64,000 nucleotides of DNA from positions 7,568 through 71,567 of the forward strand of contig JAZRQS010000022.1 in assembly GCA_045649925.1 (NCBI GenBank), written 5' to 3'. The notes under the pieces are model-generated. The model was not told where the DNA came from. It saw only the letters and a list, made by a program, of their open reading frames with translations, and ran no database searches. The position numbers were made by a program, and so were the translations under genes. The DNA is from Eubacteriales bacterium. GTDB taxonomy: Bacteria > Bacillota > Clostridia > Oscillospirales > CAG-272. This document shows, piece after piece, positions 27,452 to 35,683 of the stretch (position 1 is the first letter of the stretch; every line of letters begins with the position of its first letter).

Positions 27452-28156
27452 TCAGCTATAGCGACGCTTGTCGTAGACACGCATTGTCAAGAAAAGGAAC
27501 ACTACTGTAATGGACAGGTAATAAAGGAGCGCCGACACATCAAAGACGCCCTGTGTGAAGTTCTGGAATCTCGCAAATACGGAAACGCTACGGAGTATAA
27601 GTCTGATAAAGTAAACGGGGATAAAGGAATTGAGCGCGCCTATCGCAAGGAATGCGAGCAAAATGCCTATCGTGCCGACAGCGGCAGCGAGCTGATTTTC
27701 CGTCAATGCGGAAACGAACACGCCGACAGCGATAAACGCCATACCCACAAGGAGCGTCGCAAGGAGATTTCCGAGCACTATCGCCGTCTTTACCTGCGCA
27801 TAGCGATAAAGGAATATTATCGGAATACAGGAAAAGAGCATGCTTGATGCAAAAACTGTGTAGGCCGCCAAAAACTTTGCCGTTACCATAGCGAATATCG
27901 AAACGGGAGCAGTGAGCAGCAGCTGCTCTGTGCGCTGCTTTCTCTCCTCGCTGAAGAGTCGCATCGTAAGCAGGGGTAAAAGCACGACGAAGCCAAACAT
28001 TATATATGTGAAATAGGGGGTGAGGTCAGCGGAAAGCGAATAGAATGTAGTGAAGCAGAAAACCGCTCCGCTGATGGCAAGGAATACCGAAACGAAGATA
28101 TATCCTATCGGGCTTGTGAAATACGCCCATAATTCTCTTTTGTAAATTGATAGCAT
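27452..28156 (-). CDS. ABC-2 type transporter permease (GldF-like)
   Basis: 234 aa, about 6 TM segments. N-terminus MLSIYKRELWAYFTSPIGYIF is typical of ABC-2 permeases. Confidence 0.8.
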   Translation of the reverse strand: MLSIYKRELWAYFTSPIGYIFVSVFLAISGAVFCFTTFYSLSADLTPYFTYIMFGFVVLLPLLTMRLFSEERKQRTEQLLLTAPVSIFAMVTAKFLAAYTVFASSMLFSCIPIIFLYRYAQVKTAIVLGNLLATLLVGMAFIAVGVFVSALTENQLAAAVGTIGILLAFLAIGALNSFIPVYFIRLILRSVSVFARFQNFTQGVFDVSALLYYLSITVVFLFLTMRVYDKRRYS

Positions 28157-28171
28157 TAAGTATTACCTCGC

Positions 28172-29125
28172 TTATTTTCTGTTTTTGGAGTTTGTGTCGC
28201 GGTCGATGAGGCGAATGAAGATGTCCTCAAGCTCCTCGCCGAGAGGCGCAATTTCGAGGATAGGGAGATTTGCCTCCGAGCACAAGCGGAATATCGCCTT
28301 GCGCACATCTATACCTCTCTCGCTCTCAATAATGTAGGAGTAGGCATCGGCGTCTCGCTCGGAAAGAGGCTCAACGGCTGAGATACCGCCCTTGCCCTTG
28401 AGCAGAGGCACTACCTTGTCACGCTCGCCACATATCTTTACCTTGAGTCGTCTGTTGTCCTGCAGAGCTCGTGCGATGTCGCCTGTCAGCTCGTTTGCTA
28501 TTATCTTTCCGTGGTCGATGATGATAATTCTCTCGCACACAGCCTGTACCTCGGAGAGAATGTGTGTGGAGAGTATTACCGTATGGCTCTTGCCAAGCTC
28601 GCGGAGAAGATTTCTTATCTCGATTATCTGCTTGGGGTCGAGACCTACTGTAGGCTCGTCGAATATGACGACAGGGGGATTTCCGATTATCGCCTGTGCG
28701 ATACCGACTCTTTGCTTATATCCCTTTGAAAGATTTTTTATAAGTCTGTGTGTGACATCGGTGAGCTTTACAACCTCGCATATCTGTGCCAGATGAGTCT
28801 TTCTGTCAAGGGTGCATTTTTTCAGCTCGTAGACGAAATTGAGATACTCCGACACTGTCATATCGGGGTAAAGAGGGGGCTGCTCGGGAAGGTAGCCTAT
28901 CAGCTTTTTTGCCTCAACGGGATTTTCAAGAATGTCAATTCCGTTTATCTTGGCAGAGCCACTTGTCGCCGAAAGGTAGCCTGTCAGTATGTTCATCGTG
29001 GTACTCTTGCCCGCACCGTTAGGTCCGAGCAGACCGACGATTTCTCCCTCCTTTATTTCAAGTGAAATGTCGTCAAGGGCGTAATTCGTGCCGTAACGCT
29101 TCACGAGATTTTCTATACTTATCAT
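28172..29125 (-). CDS. ABC transporter ATP-binding protein (GldA-like)
   Basis: Start at Met 105 (MISIENLVKRYG). Walker A GPNGAGKST, signature LSKGYKQR, Walker B VVIFDEP. Confidence 0.9.
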   Translation of the reverse strand: MISIENLVKRYGTNYALDDISLEIKEGEIVGLLGPNGAGKSTTMNILTGYLSATSGSAKINGIDILENPVEAKKLIGYLPEQPPLYPDMTVSEYLNFVYELKKCTLDRKTHLAQICEVVKLTDVTHRLIKNLSKGYKQRVGIAQAIIGNPPVVIFDEPTVGLDPKQIIEIRNLLRELGKSHTVILSTHILSEVQAVCERIIIIDHGKIIANELTGDIARALQDNRRLKVKICGERDKVVPLLKGKGGISAVEPLSERDADAYSYIIESERGIDVRKAIFRLCSEANLPILEIAPLGEELEDIFIRLIDRDTNSKNRK

Positions 29126-29328
29126 AAAAAATTCCTGCCACAATCGCTTGCGGCTTCCTTTCCTTAAATCTTGTCTGAATTTTTGCTTTTGTTTTGGGAT
29201 TTCTTTCATTATCGCTTCGCTTATGCACAAAATCACCTTATACGCAAGCGGAGCGACAATGCAAGGGTGAATACAGCCCGACAGAGATGCCGTCGGCATC
29301 TCTGTCACAGGTGTATATAGACGACGCT

Positions 29329-29919
29329 TTACGCGTTTTCTGTCTGTGTGCCTATAAGGTCGTAGTAGAATACGGCACGAGCTGTCTGCATGTAGGGGGT
29401 TACCCACAGGGTAGCTATACCACAAGTGAAGATGCAAACGAATGCCCAGCCGATAAAGCTGAGGTCGAGCAGGAACAAATCCATCTTGTGTCCGTCCATA
29501 ATTCTACGGCTCTCTGTGATGCACTGTGAGGGCGTGTATTCGGGATGGTCCTTCATTATGTAGTACGACATAGCGTAGCTGTATCCCTTTACAATACCGG
29601 GGATAATGAACAAAAGCGACCAAAGGAATATGAATATATACTGCAAAAGTCCGAGCACGAGTGTCTGTGAAAACATACGGAAGCCGGAGAAGCAGTCTGC
29701 AAGGTCAATATTGCTCTTCCCTCTGACAAGGTCAAGGTGAATTCCGTTATAGCCGTACGTAAGGCATCCTACGAATATAGCTCCTATTGCAAAGTACGAA
29801 AGCGCGCCCGTAACCACCGCGTAAATAATATACGCCACCAATGCCATAAGCCAAGTGTTGCCGAAAATGTTGTTGCCAAGCTTTTCGCGTGCCATTTTTC
29901 TGATTTCATAATTTGACAT
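29329..29919 (-). CDS. DUF975 family membrane protein
   Basis: 196 aa. MSNYEIRKMAREKLGNNIFGNTWL... with 4-5 TM segments. Confidence 0.7.
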   Translation of the reverse strand: MSNYEIRKMAREKLGNNIFGNTWLMALVAYIIYAVVTGALSYFAIGAIFVGCLTYGYNGIHLDLVRGKSNIDLADCFSGFRMFSQTLVLGLLQYIFIFLWSLLFIIPGIVKGYSYAMSYYIMKDHPEYTPSQCITESRRIMDGHKMDLFLLDLSFIGWAFVCIFTCGIATLWVTPYMQTARAVFYYDLIGTQTENA

Positions 29920-29985
29920 AATAATGTCCTCCTCAAAAAATTTTTTATATAAACATTTGCCTTTATAAGCTCTGTGATTGCTTTT

Positions 29986-30552
29986 TCAATACGAGTGGGG
30001 CTTGCCCTGCGCTATTATAACTCCGTCGTCGCCGTCTATCTCGGACACGCTGACAAACACACGCTCCGCATGGGAGGTGGGAATGTTTTTGCCCACATAG
30101 TCGGGGCGGAACGGCAATTCTCTCAAGCCTCGGTCCACAAGCACCGCAAGCTGTACCGCACGAGGTCTGCCACTTGAAAAGAGGGCGTCTATCGCAGCGC
30201 GCACAGTCCTTCCCGTACATATAACATCGTCGACAAGCACGACAGTCGCGCCGTCAAGTGATGCGCCTATCCTATCACGACTGTCCTCCTCGGTATGCTC
30301 GATATCGTCACGATAAAAGCCTACATCAAGGGGCTCGGGTATGATGGACACTCCCTCGATTTCTCGTATTCTGTCCGCTATTCTCTGCGCAAGGGGATAG
30401 CCTCGTCTGCGGACACCGACAAGCACAAGCCCGTCAGCGCCCTTGTTTTTTTCTATTATCTCGTGAGAAATTCTCGTTATGGCTCTCGCCATAGCCTGAG
30501 AATCCATTATCTGCGCCTTTTTTTCAAAGCCTGCATGTATCTTTTCTGTCAA
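29986..30552 (-). CDS. pyrR: bifunctional pyr operon regulator / uracil phosphoribosyltransferase
   Basis: 188 aa. VVLVDDVICTGRTVRAA PRPP motif. TTG start, 8 nt after GGAGTG. Confidence 0.9.
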   Translation of the reverse strand: MTEKIHAGFEKKAQIMDSQAMARAITRISHEIIEKNKGADGLVLVGVRRRGYPLAQRIADRIREIEGVSIIPEPLDVGFYRDDIEHTEEDSRDRIGASLDGATVVLVDDVICTGRTVRAAIDALFSSGRPRAVQLAVLVDRGLRELPFRPDYVGKNIPTSHAERVFVSVSEIDGDDGVIIAQGKPHSY

Positions 30553-30647
30553 AACAATACACTCCGATGCAATTTTTATCTATGCCTGAGGCGTCAAAAT
30601 ATCAGCGCCCTTGGGCATAGCTTTCTAATTATAATAAATCAACTTAT

Positions 30648-30676
30648 ATTATACTATAGATTTTTACAAAAATCAA
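30648..30676 (-). promoter_or_regulatory. sigma70-like promoter of pyrR
   Basis: Minus strand TTGATT-17 nt-TATAAT. Confidence 0.5.
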
Positions 30677-30758
30677 TATATTGTGCGTATATTCTTTTGC
30701 GTATATTTTGTATTTTTGAGGATAAAATAACAAAAAAGTCAAGGAAAGAGCACAAAAA

Positions 30759-31208
30759 ATGAAAATAGACAAGACGGAATACAAAAAATATACGCAAAAA
30801 AGGGCGAGACGCTCGCCTATACTGAAGGACTGCTTTGCTTCATTCTGGACGGGTGGACTTATTTGCTGTGCAGGGGAAGCACTCTCCCAGCTTTTCCTTT
30901 CGCTCGGTATAGAAACGAAGACGAGTGCGACGCTCGTCACCGCCACGCTTATATTCACATCGGCACTTCTTACGGGGCTTGGCATCTTCGATAATATAGC
31001 GAGATATGCGGGGGCTGGCACGCTCGTACCTGTGACAGGGTTTGCAAACTCGGTGGTCTCTCCTGCCATCGACACCAAAAGCGAGGGACTTATACTCGGT
31101 GTGGGCGCAAAAATATTTACGGTAGCAGGTCCTGTGTTGCTATATGCGATACTATCGGGCGCAATATACGGAGTGATTTACTGGGGGAGCGGACTGCTTT
31201 TCCGCTGA
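30759..31208 (+). CDS. spoVAC: stage V sporulation protein AC
   Basis: 149 aa. GAGTLVPVTGFANSVVSPA motif, 4 TM segments. Confidence 0.9.
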   Translation: MKIDKTEYKKYTQKRARRSPILKDCFASFWTGGLICCAGEALSQLFLSLGIETKTSATLVTATLIFTSALLTGLGIFDNIARYAGAGTLVPVTGFANSVVSPAIDTKSEGLILGVGAKIFTVAGPVLLYAILSGAIYGVIYWGSGLLFR

Positions 31209-31252
31209 CATGAACAGGCTACGGCAAATGCAAAAACAAAAAGCGAGGATAT

Positions 31253-32281
31253 ATGCAAAAAATAATCAGACTTGACAATGCAGACATAGTGATAGCTCAC
31301 ACCTCATCGGCAGGAGGGCACGAGGAGTTTTTCGGCCCTCTCGGTGACAAATTCGACTTCCACGACGACAGCGACCGATTTGGCGCAAAAACATGGGAGC
31401 TGTCAGAGGGAGAGCTTGAAAGAATAACCTTGAATTTACTCTTGAAAAAGGCGCACCTGCGTCCGTCGGAGGTGGATTTGCTGTTTGCAGGCGACCTGCA
31501 AAATCAATGTGTCGCCTCCTCGCAGGGACTATGCTCCTTCGGTATTCCCTATGTAGGTCTTTACGGAGCGTGCTCCACCTGTGGCGAGGGGCTTTGCACA
31601 GGCGCTGTGTTTCTCAATTCCTCAAGCTCGCTTGGGCGTGTCGCCGTAGTGACCTCATCTCACAACTGTGCGGCGGAAAGACAGTTTCGCACACCTATAG
31701 AATACGGAGGTCAGCGCACACCTACAGCGCAATGGACGGCGACGGCGTCAGGAGCGTTTATACTTGAGCGCAGGCAAAAGGGAGGGTGCACATCGGATGA
31801 TGGCTATACTGTATGCATAGACGAGGTAATGCCTGCAAAAATAGTAGACGCAGGTGTTACCGATGCCGCAAATATGGGTGCGGCGATGGCGCCTGCCGCT
31901 GCAGAGAGCATACAGGCGTATCTTGAATTGTCCTCTCGCACTCCCGACGACTTTGACGCCATAGTAACGGGCGACCTCGGTCGCGAGGGCTCGGATATAC
32001 TGTGCGAGCTTCTCTTGTCGGTGAATATTGATATACGAAAAAAGCATATCGACTGTGGTATGCTGTTATACGATAGTGAAAGACAGGACGCACACTGTGG
32101 TGCAAGCGGGTGTGGGTGCTCTGCCTCCGTAATGGCGTCGCACTTTATTCCGTCTATGAGGGAGGGAAAATACAAAAGGCTTCTCTTCTTGGCTACAGGA
32201 GCGCTTATGAGTCCGTCAAGCATACAGCAGGGTGGCTCTATCGCAGGAATTGCGCCTGTAGTATCGCTCGTAGCCAAATAA
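31253..32281 (+). CDS. spoVAD: stage V sporulation protein AD
   Basis: 342 aa, thiolase-like fold pattern (GACSTCGEGL..., GCGCSA). Confidence 0.9.
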   Translation: MQKIIRLDNADIVIAHTSSAGGHEEFFGPLGDKFDFHDDSDRFGAKTWELSEGELERITLNLLLKKAHLRPSEVDLLFAGDLQNQCVASSQGLCSFGIPYVGLYGACSTCGEGLCTGAVFLNSSSSLGRVAVVTSSHNCAAERQFRTPIEYGGQRTPTAQWTATASGAFILERRQKGGCTSDDGYTVCIDEVMPAKIVDAGVTDAANMGAAMAPAAAESIQAYLELSSRTPDDFDAIVTGDLGREGSDILCELLLSVNIDIRKKHIDCGMLLYDSERQDAHCGASGCGCSASVMASHFIPSMREGKYKRLLFLATGALMSPSSIQQGGSIAGIAPVVSLVAK

Positions 32282-32300
32282 GGCGAAAAGAAACGAAAGT

Positions 32301-32374
32301 CATCACAAAGCAAAAAGACACTAAAATGGCATCGCAAAGCAAAAAGACACTAAAATGGCATCACAAAGCAAAAA
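32301..32374. repeat. 29-nt tandem repeat, 2.5 copies
   Basis: CATCACAAAGCAAAAAGACACTAAAATGG / CATCGCAAAGCAAAAAGACACTAAAATGG / CATCACAAAGCAAAAA. Lies in the spoVAD-spoVAEB spacer. Confidence 0.85.
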
Positions 32375-32404
32375 CAAAAGTAATCATAAAAAGAGGGTAA
32401 TGAT

Positions 32405-32800
32405 ATGGATTTTCCGGCATTAGTAAAGGCGTTTTGCGTAGGGGGAGGGTTTTGCGTGATAGCGCAATTGCTCATCGACCTGACGAGGCTTACCCCTGCA
32501 CGAATACTCGTGATATATGTAACGGCAGGCGTTTTTCTCGGCGCTGTAGGAATTTACGAGCCTCTACGTGAGTTTGCAGGCTGTGGAGCGTCGGTGCCTC
32601 TCGTCGGCTTTGGCGGTGTGGTAGCACGCGGCGTGCGTGAGGCAGTAAACGAGAGCGGTCTTATCGGCGCTCTGACAGGTCCACTCTCTGCCGCCGCAGG
32701 AGGAACGACCGCCGCCATATGCTTCGGCTACCTGTCAGCTATACTGTTTTCGGGCAAGCCAAAAACCATGTCAAGGAGCAAAAAATCTCGAATTAAGTAA
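32405..32800 (+). CDS. spoVAEB: stage V sporulation protein AE (AEB)
   Basis: 131 aa. GASVPLVGFG motif, paralogous to SpoVAC. Confidence 0.85.
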   Translation: MDFPALVKAFCVGGGFCVIAQLLIDLTRLTPARILVIYVTAGVFLGAVGIYEPLREFAGCGASVPLVGFGGVVARGVREAVNESGLIGALTGPLSAAAGGTTAAICFGYLSAILFSGKPKTMSRSKKSRIK

Positions 32801-32876
32801 ACTATACTTTGCATTTTGAAGAATTTCGCCAAGGGGTTGGCAAGCCGTCTCAATGTCAAAAATGCAAAGTATAGTT
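32800..32876. repeat. 77-nt inverted repeat (20-bp arms, one bulge) with an inner GCCAA-GGGG-TTGGC hairpin
   Basis: AACTATACTTTGCATTTTGA ...37 nt... TCAAAAATGCAAAGTATAGTT, then TTTT. Starts at the spoVAEB stop codon and may act as a terminator. Confidence 0.8.
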
Positions 32877-32940
32877 TTCATACTCGTCGCTTCGGCAGGT
32901 GCTTTTTGCAGCAGCTTTTGCTTGCAATTCCAAAACAAAA

Positions 32941-32972
32941 AAGGCAGGGGATTTTCGACCTTTCCCTGCCTT
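32941..32972. terminator. bidirectional hairpin terminator (birA / spoVA convergent)
   Basis: A-run, AAGGCAGGG...CCCTGCCTT, then TTT. Confidence 0.6.
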
Positions 32973-33002
32973 TTCGCTATTTACTTTCCATTTGTTTGTC
33001 GC

Positions 33003-34016
33003 TTATTTTTCGTCTTGCTCCTTTATTTTCAGTCGCACATCTCCTGACGAGAGGAGCAAATGCTCTCCGTCATCACGCTTTACCTCAAGCTGAAGCGTGT
33101 CGGTGAGTGATGTAACCACGCCGCTCATCTTTTCGTCACCGAGCGTGAACTCTATTTCCCTTCCTATAAGGAACATTCTCTTTCTGTAGCTCTTCATAAA
33201 CGGCTTTTCCGCAAGTCGCTTGTAGTAGAAGATGAATCTGTCGAGAATTTCGGCGGCAAGACGGCTACGGATATTGCAAAGTGGCTCGTCTGTGAGCCAA
33301 TACGCCGTATTTCGTATCTCCTCGGGAAAATCCTCTGTGGGACGGAACACATTTACGCCTATGCCGAGCACTGCGTATTCAATGCCTCGTCCGTCGGGAT
33401 CGAGCGAGCCCTCTGTGAGAATACCGCAGACCTTTTTTCCATTGACGAATATGTCGTTTACCCACTTTATCCCTGTGCGCACACCAAAGACGCTCTCGAT
33501 AGCCTCTGCGCAAGCGGCGGCTGCGGCGGTGGTGATGTAGAGGGTGTCGGTGGTTTTTCCGTCGGGGCGAAGAATGAGGCTCATATAAAGCCCTGTGTCG
33601 GGAGGGGAGAAGAACTTTCTTCCCTTTGTGCCCCTGCCCTCCGTCTGCTCCTCTGCGACGATGGCTGTGTATTGTGTAAGTCCGCGTCTGGCGAAATCTC
33701 TTGCTATAGTGTTTGTCGATGTGACTGTCTTGAATGCTCGTACAGTTATTTCATCGGCGTAAAAATGCATGAAGTCCTTTATACTGAATTCCGATATAAC
33801 GTCTTTTTGGGGCTGAAGCATATATCCTCTCTTTGGGCAAGCGTCAATCTCGTACCCACTCTTCTTAAGTGAGCTTACCGCTTTCCATATGGCTGTCCTG
33901 CTGACGCACGTCTGTTCTGCAAGCTCTGTGCCGGAAACATATCTTCCGCAGTCTGCCTCAAGCGCCGCAAGCACCTTTGCCTTTGTGCTTTCTTTTACAA
34001 AATTCTCGTTTTCCAT
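33003..34016 (-). CDS. birA: bifunctional biotin--[acetyl-CoA-carboxylase] ligase / biotin operon repressor
   Basis: 337 aa. N-terminal wHTH (VSGTELAEQTCVSRTAIWKAVSSLKKSGYEI), then GRGTKGRKFFSP ligase motif. Confidence 0.9.
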   Translation of the reverse strand: MENENFVKESTKAKVLAALEADCGRYVSGTELAEQTCVSRTAIWKAVSSLKKSGYEIDACPKRGYMLQPQKDVISEFSIKDFMHFYADEITVRAFKTVTSTNTIARDFARRGLTQYTAIVAEEQTEGRGTKGRKFFSPPDTGLYMSLILRPDGKTTDTLYITTAAAAACAEAIESVFGVRTGIKWVNDIFVNGKKVCGILTEGSLDPDGRGIEYAVLGIGVNVFRPTEDFPEEIRNTAYWLTDEPLCNIRSRLAAEILDRFIFYYKRLAEKPFMKSYRKRMFLIGREIEFTLGDEKMSGVVTSLTDTLQLEVKRDDGEHLLLSSGDVRLKIKEQDEK

Positions 34017-34207
34017 ATAGTCTTCCCTTTTTGCTAACTTGCACAGCCCGTTTCCCCAAAAAGCATTAAAAAAAGCATTTTATAAAATCATAAAACGCCA
34101 CAGATGATATATACCGATGAAGACGAAAAAGGATAACGGTGCTATAAATACGAAAAAATTTCTCAACCTTGTAACAGGTTTTGAAAAAACCTCTCGTATA
34201 TGAATTG

Positions 34208-34236
34208 ATTATAGCACAAAAAAATACAAAAGTAAA
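34208..34236 (-). promoter_or_regulatory. sigma70-like promoter of birA
   Basis: Minus strand TTTACT-17 nt-TATAAT with a TGC extension. Confidence 0.45.
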
Positions 34237-34417
34237 CATTTTTTTAAGTTTTTCAAACTTTTTTTGAATATAGACGAAAAATAGAGTTACCCTTTGCCGT
34301 TTTTTTCTGTTCTCCTTCCCTTTCCTGACAAGTCGCTTTCCCTTCGCCCTTGTGTACATTTTCTCGCTTTTTTGCGAGATTTTATTTGTTTTCGGATAAT
34401 TTTCATGAGAATTGCTG

Positions 34418-34446
34418 TTGAAATATCCCGCCTTTTATGTTACAAT
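34418..34446 (+). promoter_or_regulatory. sigma70-like promoter of luxS-mtnN
   Basis: TTGAAA-17 nt-TACAAT with a TGT extension. Confidence 0.5.
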
Positions 34447-34494
34447 GATATAATAGCATAAAGTAATATATCGAATATATAACGGAGAAATGCA

Positions 34495-34965
34495 ATGGAT
34501 AAGCAAATAAAAGCGATAAAGAGCTTTGAAGTAGACCACGACAAGATACTGCCCGGCATCTATATCTCCCGTGTCGACGGAGATATAACCACCTTTGATA
34601 TGCGCACAAGGCGCCCAAACTGCGGCGAGTATATGGACTCGACAACGCTACACACCTTTGAGCATTTGTTTGCCACCTATGTGAGAAATTCAGAAGTTGG
34701 CGAGCGAGTAATATATTTCGGTCCTATGGGCTGTCGCACAGGCTTTTATCTGCTTTTGCGCAATACTAATATTGAGGAAGGTGTGGAGGTCATCAAGAGC
34801 ACCCTCGACAAGATAATGCTCCACGAGGGCGAGGTATTTGGCGCAAGCCGACGCGAGTGTGGAAACTACCTCGACCTTGACCTTGCAAGCGCAAAAAAGG
34901 AATGTGCTCAATATATCGAAAGCCTCAAAAAATACAACAAAACGGACGGACGCTACGATGATTAA
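34495..34965 (+). CDS. luxS: S-ribosylhomocysteine lyase
   Basis: 156 aa. HTFEHL metal motif, GPMGCRTGFY. Confidence 0.9.
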   Translation: MDKQIKAIKSFEVDHDKILPGIYISRVDGDITTFDMRTRRPNCGEYMDSTTLHTFEHLFATYVRNSEVGERVIYFGPMGCRTGFYLLLRNTNIEEGVEVIKSTLDKIMLHEGEVFGASRRECGNYLDLDLASAKKECAQYIESLKKYNKTDGRYDD

Positions 34966-35656
34966 AAAGGTGCAAATAGGAATTATAGGCGCAATGAAGC
35001 CTGAAACGGATACACTGATAGAGAAAATGACCGACAAGCAACACTTTACGGAGGGTGGCATCACCTTCACTTGTGGTGAGCTTTTCGGCAAGAGCGTGGT
35101 CGTCTCCACTTGTGGTGTCGGCAAGGTCTTTGCGGCAATGTGCGCACAGGCTATGATACTCTGCTTCTCCCCTGATGTGATAATCAACACAGGAGTGGCA
35201 GGCACGCTCTCCGACAAGATAGGTATAGGTGATACTGTGGTCGCTACGGCGGTGCTCCAGCACGATATGGACACCTCTGCCATCGGTGACCCTGTAGGTC
35301 TTATATCAGGCATTAACATAGTGGATATCCCCTGCGCACCTCATCTTGTGACTGCACTTTCTGAATGCGTAGACGCGCTTGAAATCCCACGCCTTTGCGG
35401 AAAGGTGGCGTCAGGCGATGTCTTCGTCTGCAGAAGCGAGCAAAAGGACTACATACGCGACTCCTTTGACGCTGTCGCATGCGAGATGGAGGGCGCGGCT
35501 ATAGGTCAGGTATGCTATGTAAACGGCGTGGACTTCTGTGTGCTCCGTTCCATCTCCGACGGAGGCGACGAGAGCTCGCACATGGACTATCCTGCATTTG
35601 TAGAAATGGCGGCGAAAAAATCCATTGCTGTGCTCTGTGAATTTTTAAAGAAATGA
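34958..35656 (+). CDS. mtnN: 5'-methylthioadenosine/S-adenosylhomocysteine nucleosidase
   Basis: Start at ATG 34958, overlapping the luxS stop by 8 nt. MIKKVQIGIIGAMKPE, CEMEGAAI, SISD. Confidence 0.9.
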   Translation: MIKKVQIGIIGAMKPETDTLIEKMTDKQHFTEGGITFTCGELFGKSVVVSTCGVGKVFAAMCAQAMILCFSPDVIINTGVAGTLSDKIGIGDTVVATAVLQHDMDTSAIGDPVGLISGINIVDIPCAPHLVTALSECVDALEIPRLCGKVASGDVFVCRSEQKDYIRDSFDAVACEMEGAAIGQVCYVNGVDFCVLRSISDGGDESSHMDYPAFVEMAAKKSIAVLCEFLKK

Positions 35657-35683
35657 CAACTTTTATTTACATAAGGTGAGTAT

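Noticed and set aside
29126-29437. 104-aa N-terminal extension of the ABC ATPase ORF
   Set aside because: The extension has no ABC similarity, is rich in rare-looking residues (H, C, P, R), and contains the predicted promoter. The canonical MISIENLVKRYG start has an AGGAA RBS.
30553-30647. PyrR-binding attenuator in the pyrR leader
   Set aside because: A hairpin (CTATGCC...GGCATAG) exists, but the conserved PyrR binding-loop sequence (UCCAGAGAGG-like) and a following terminator are absent.
32110-32400. 96-aa ORF covering the spoVAD 3' end and the 29-nt tandem repeat
   Set aside because: It overlaps spoVAD out of frame. The lysine-rich tail is produced by the A-rich repeat, and there is no RBS.
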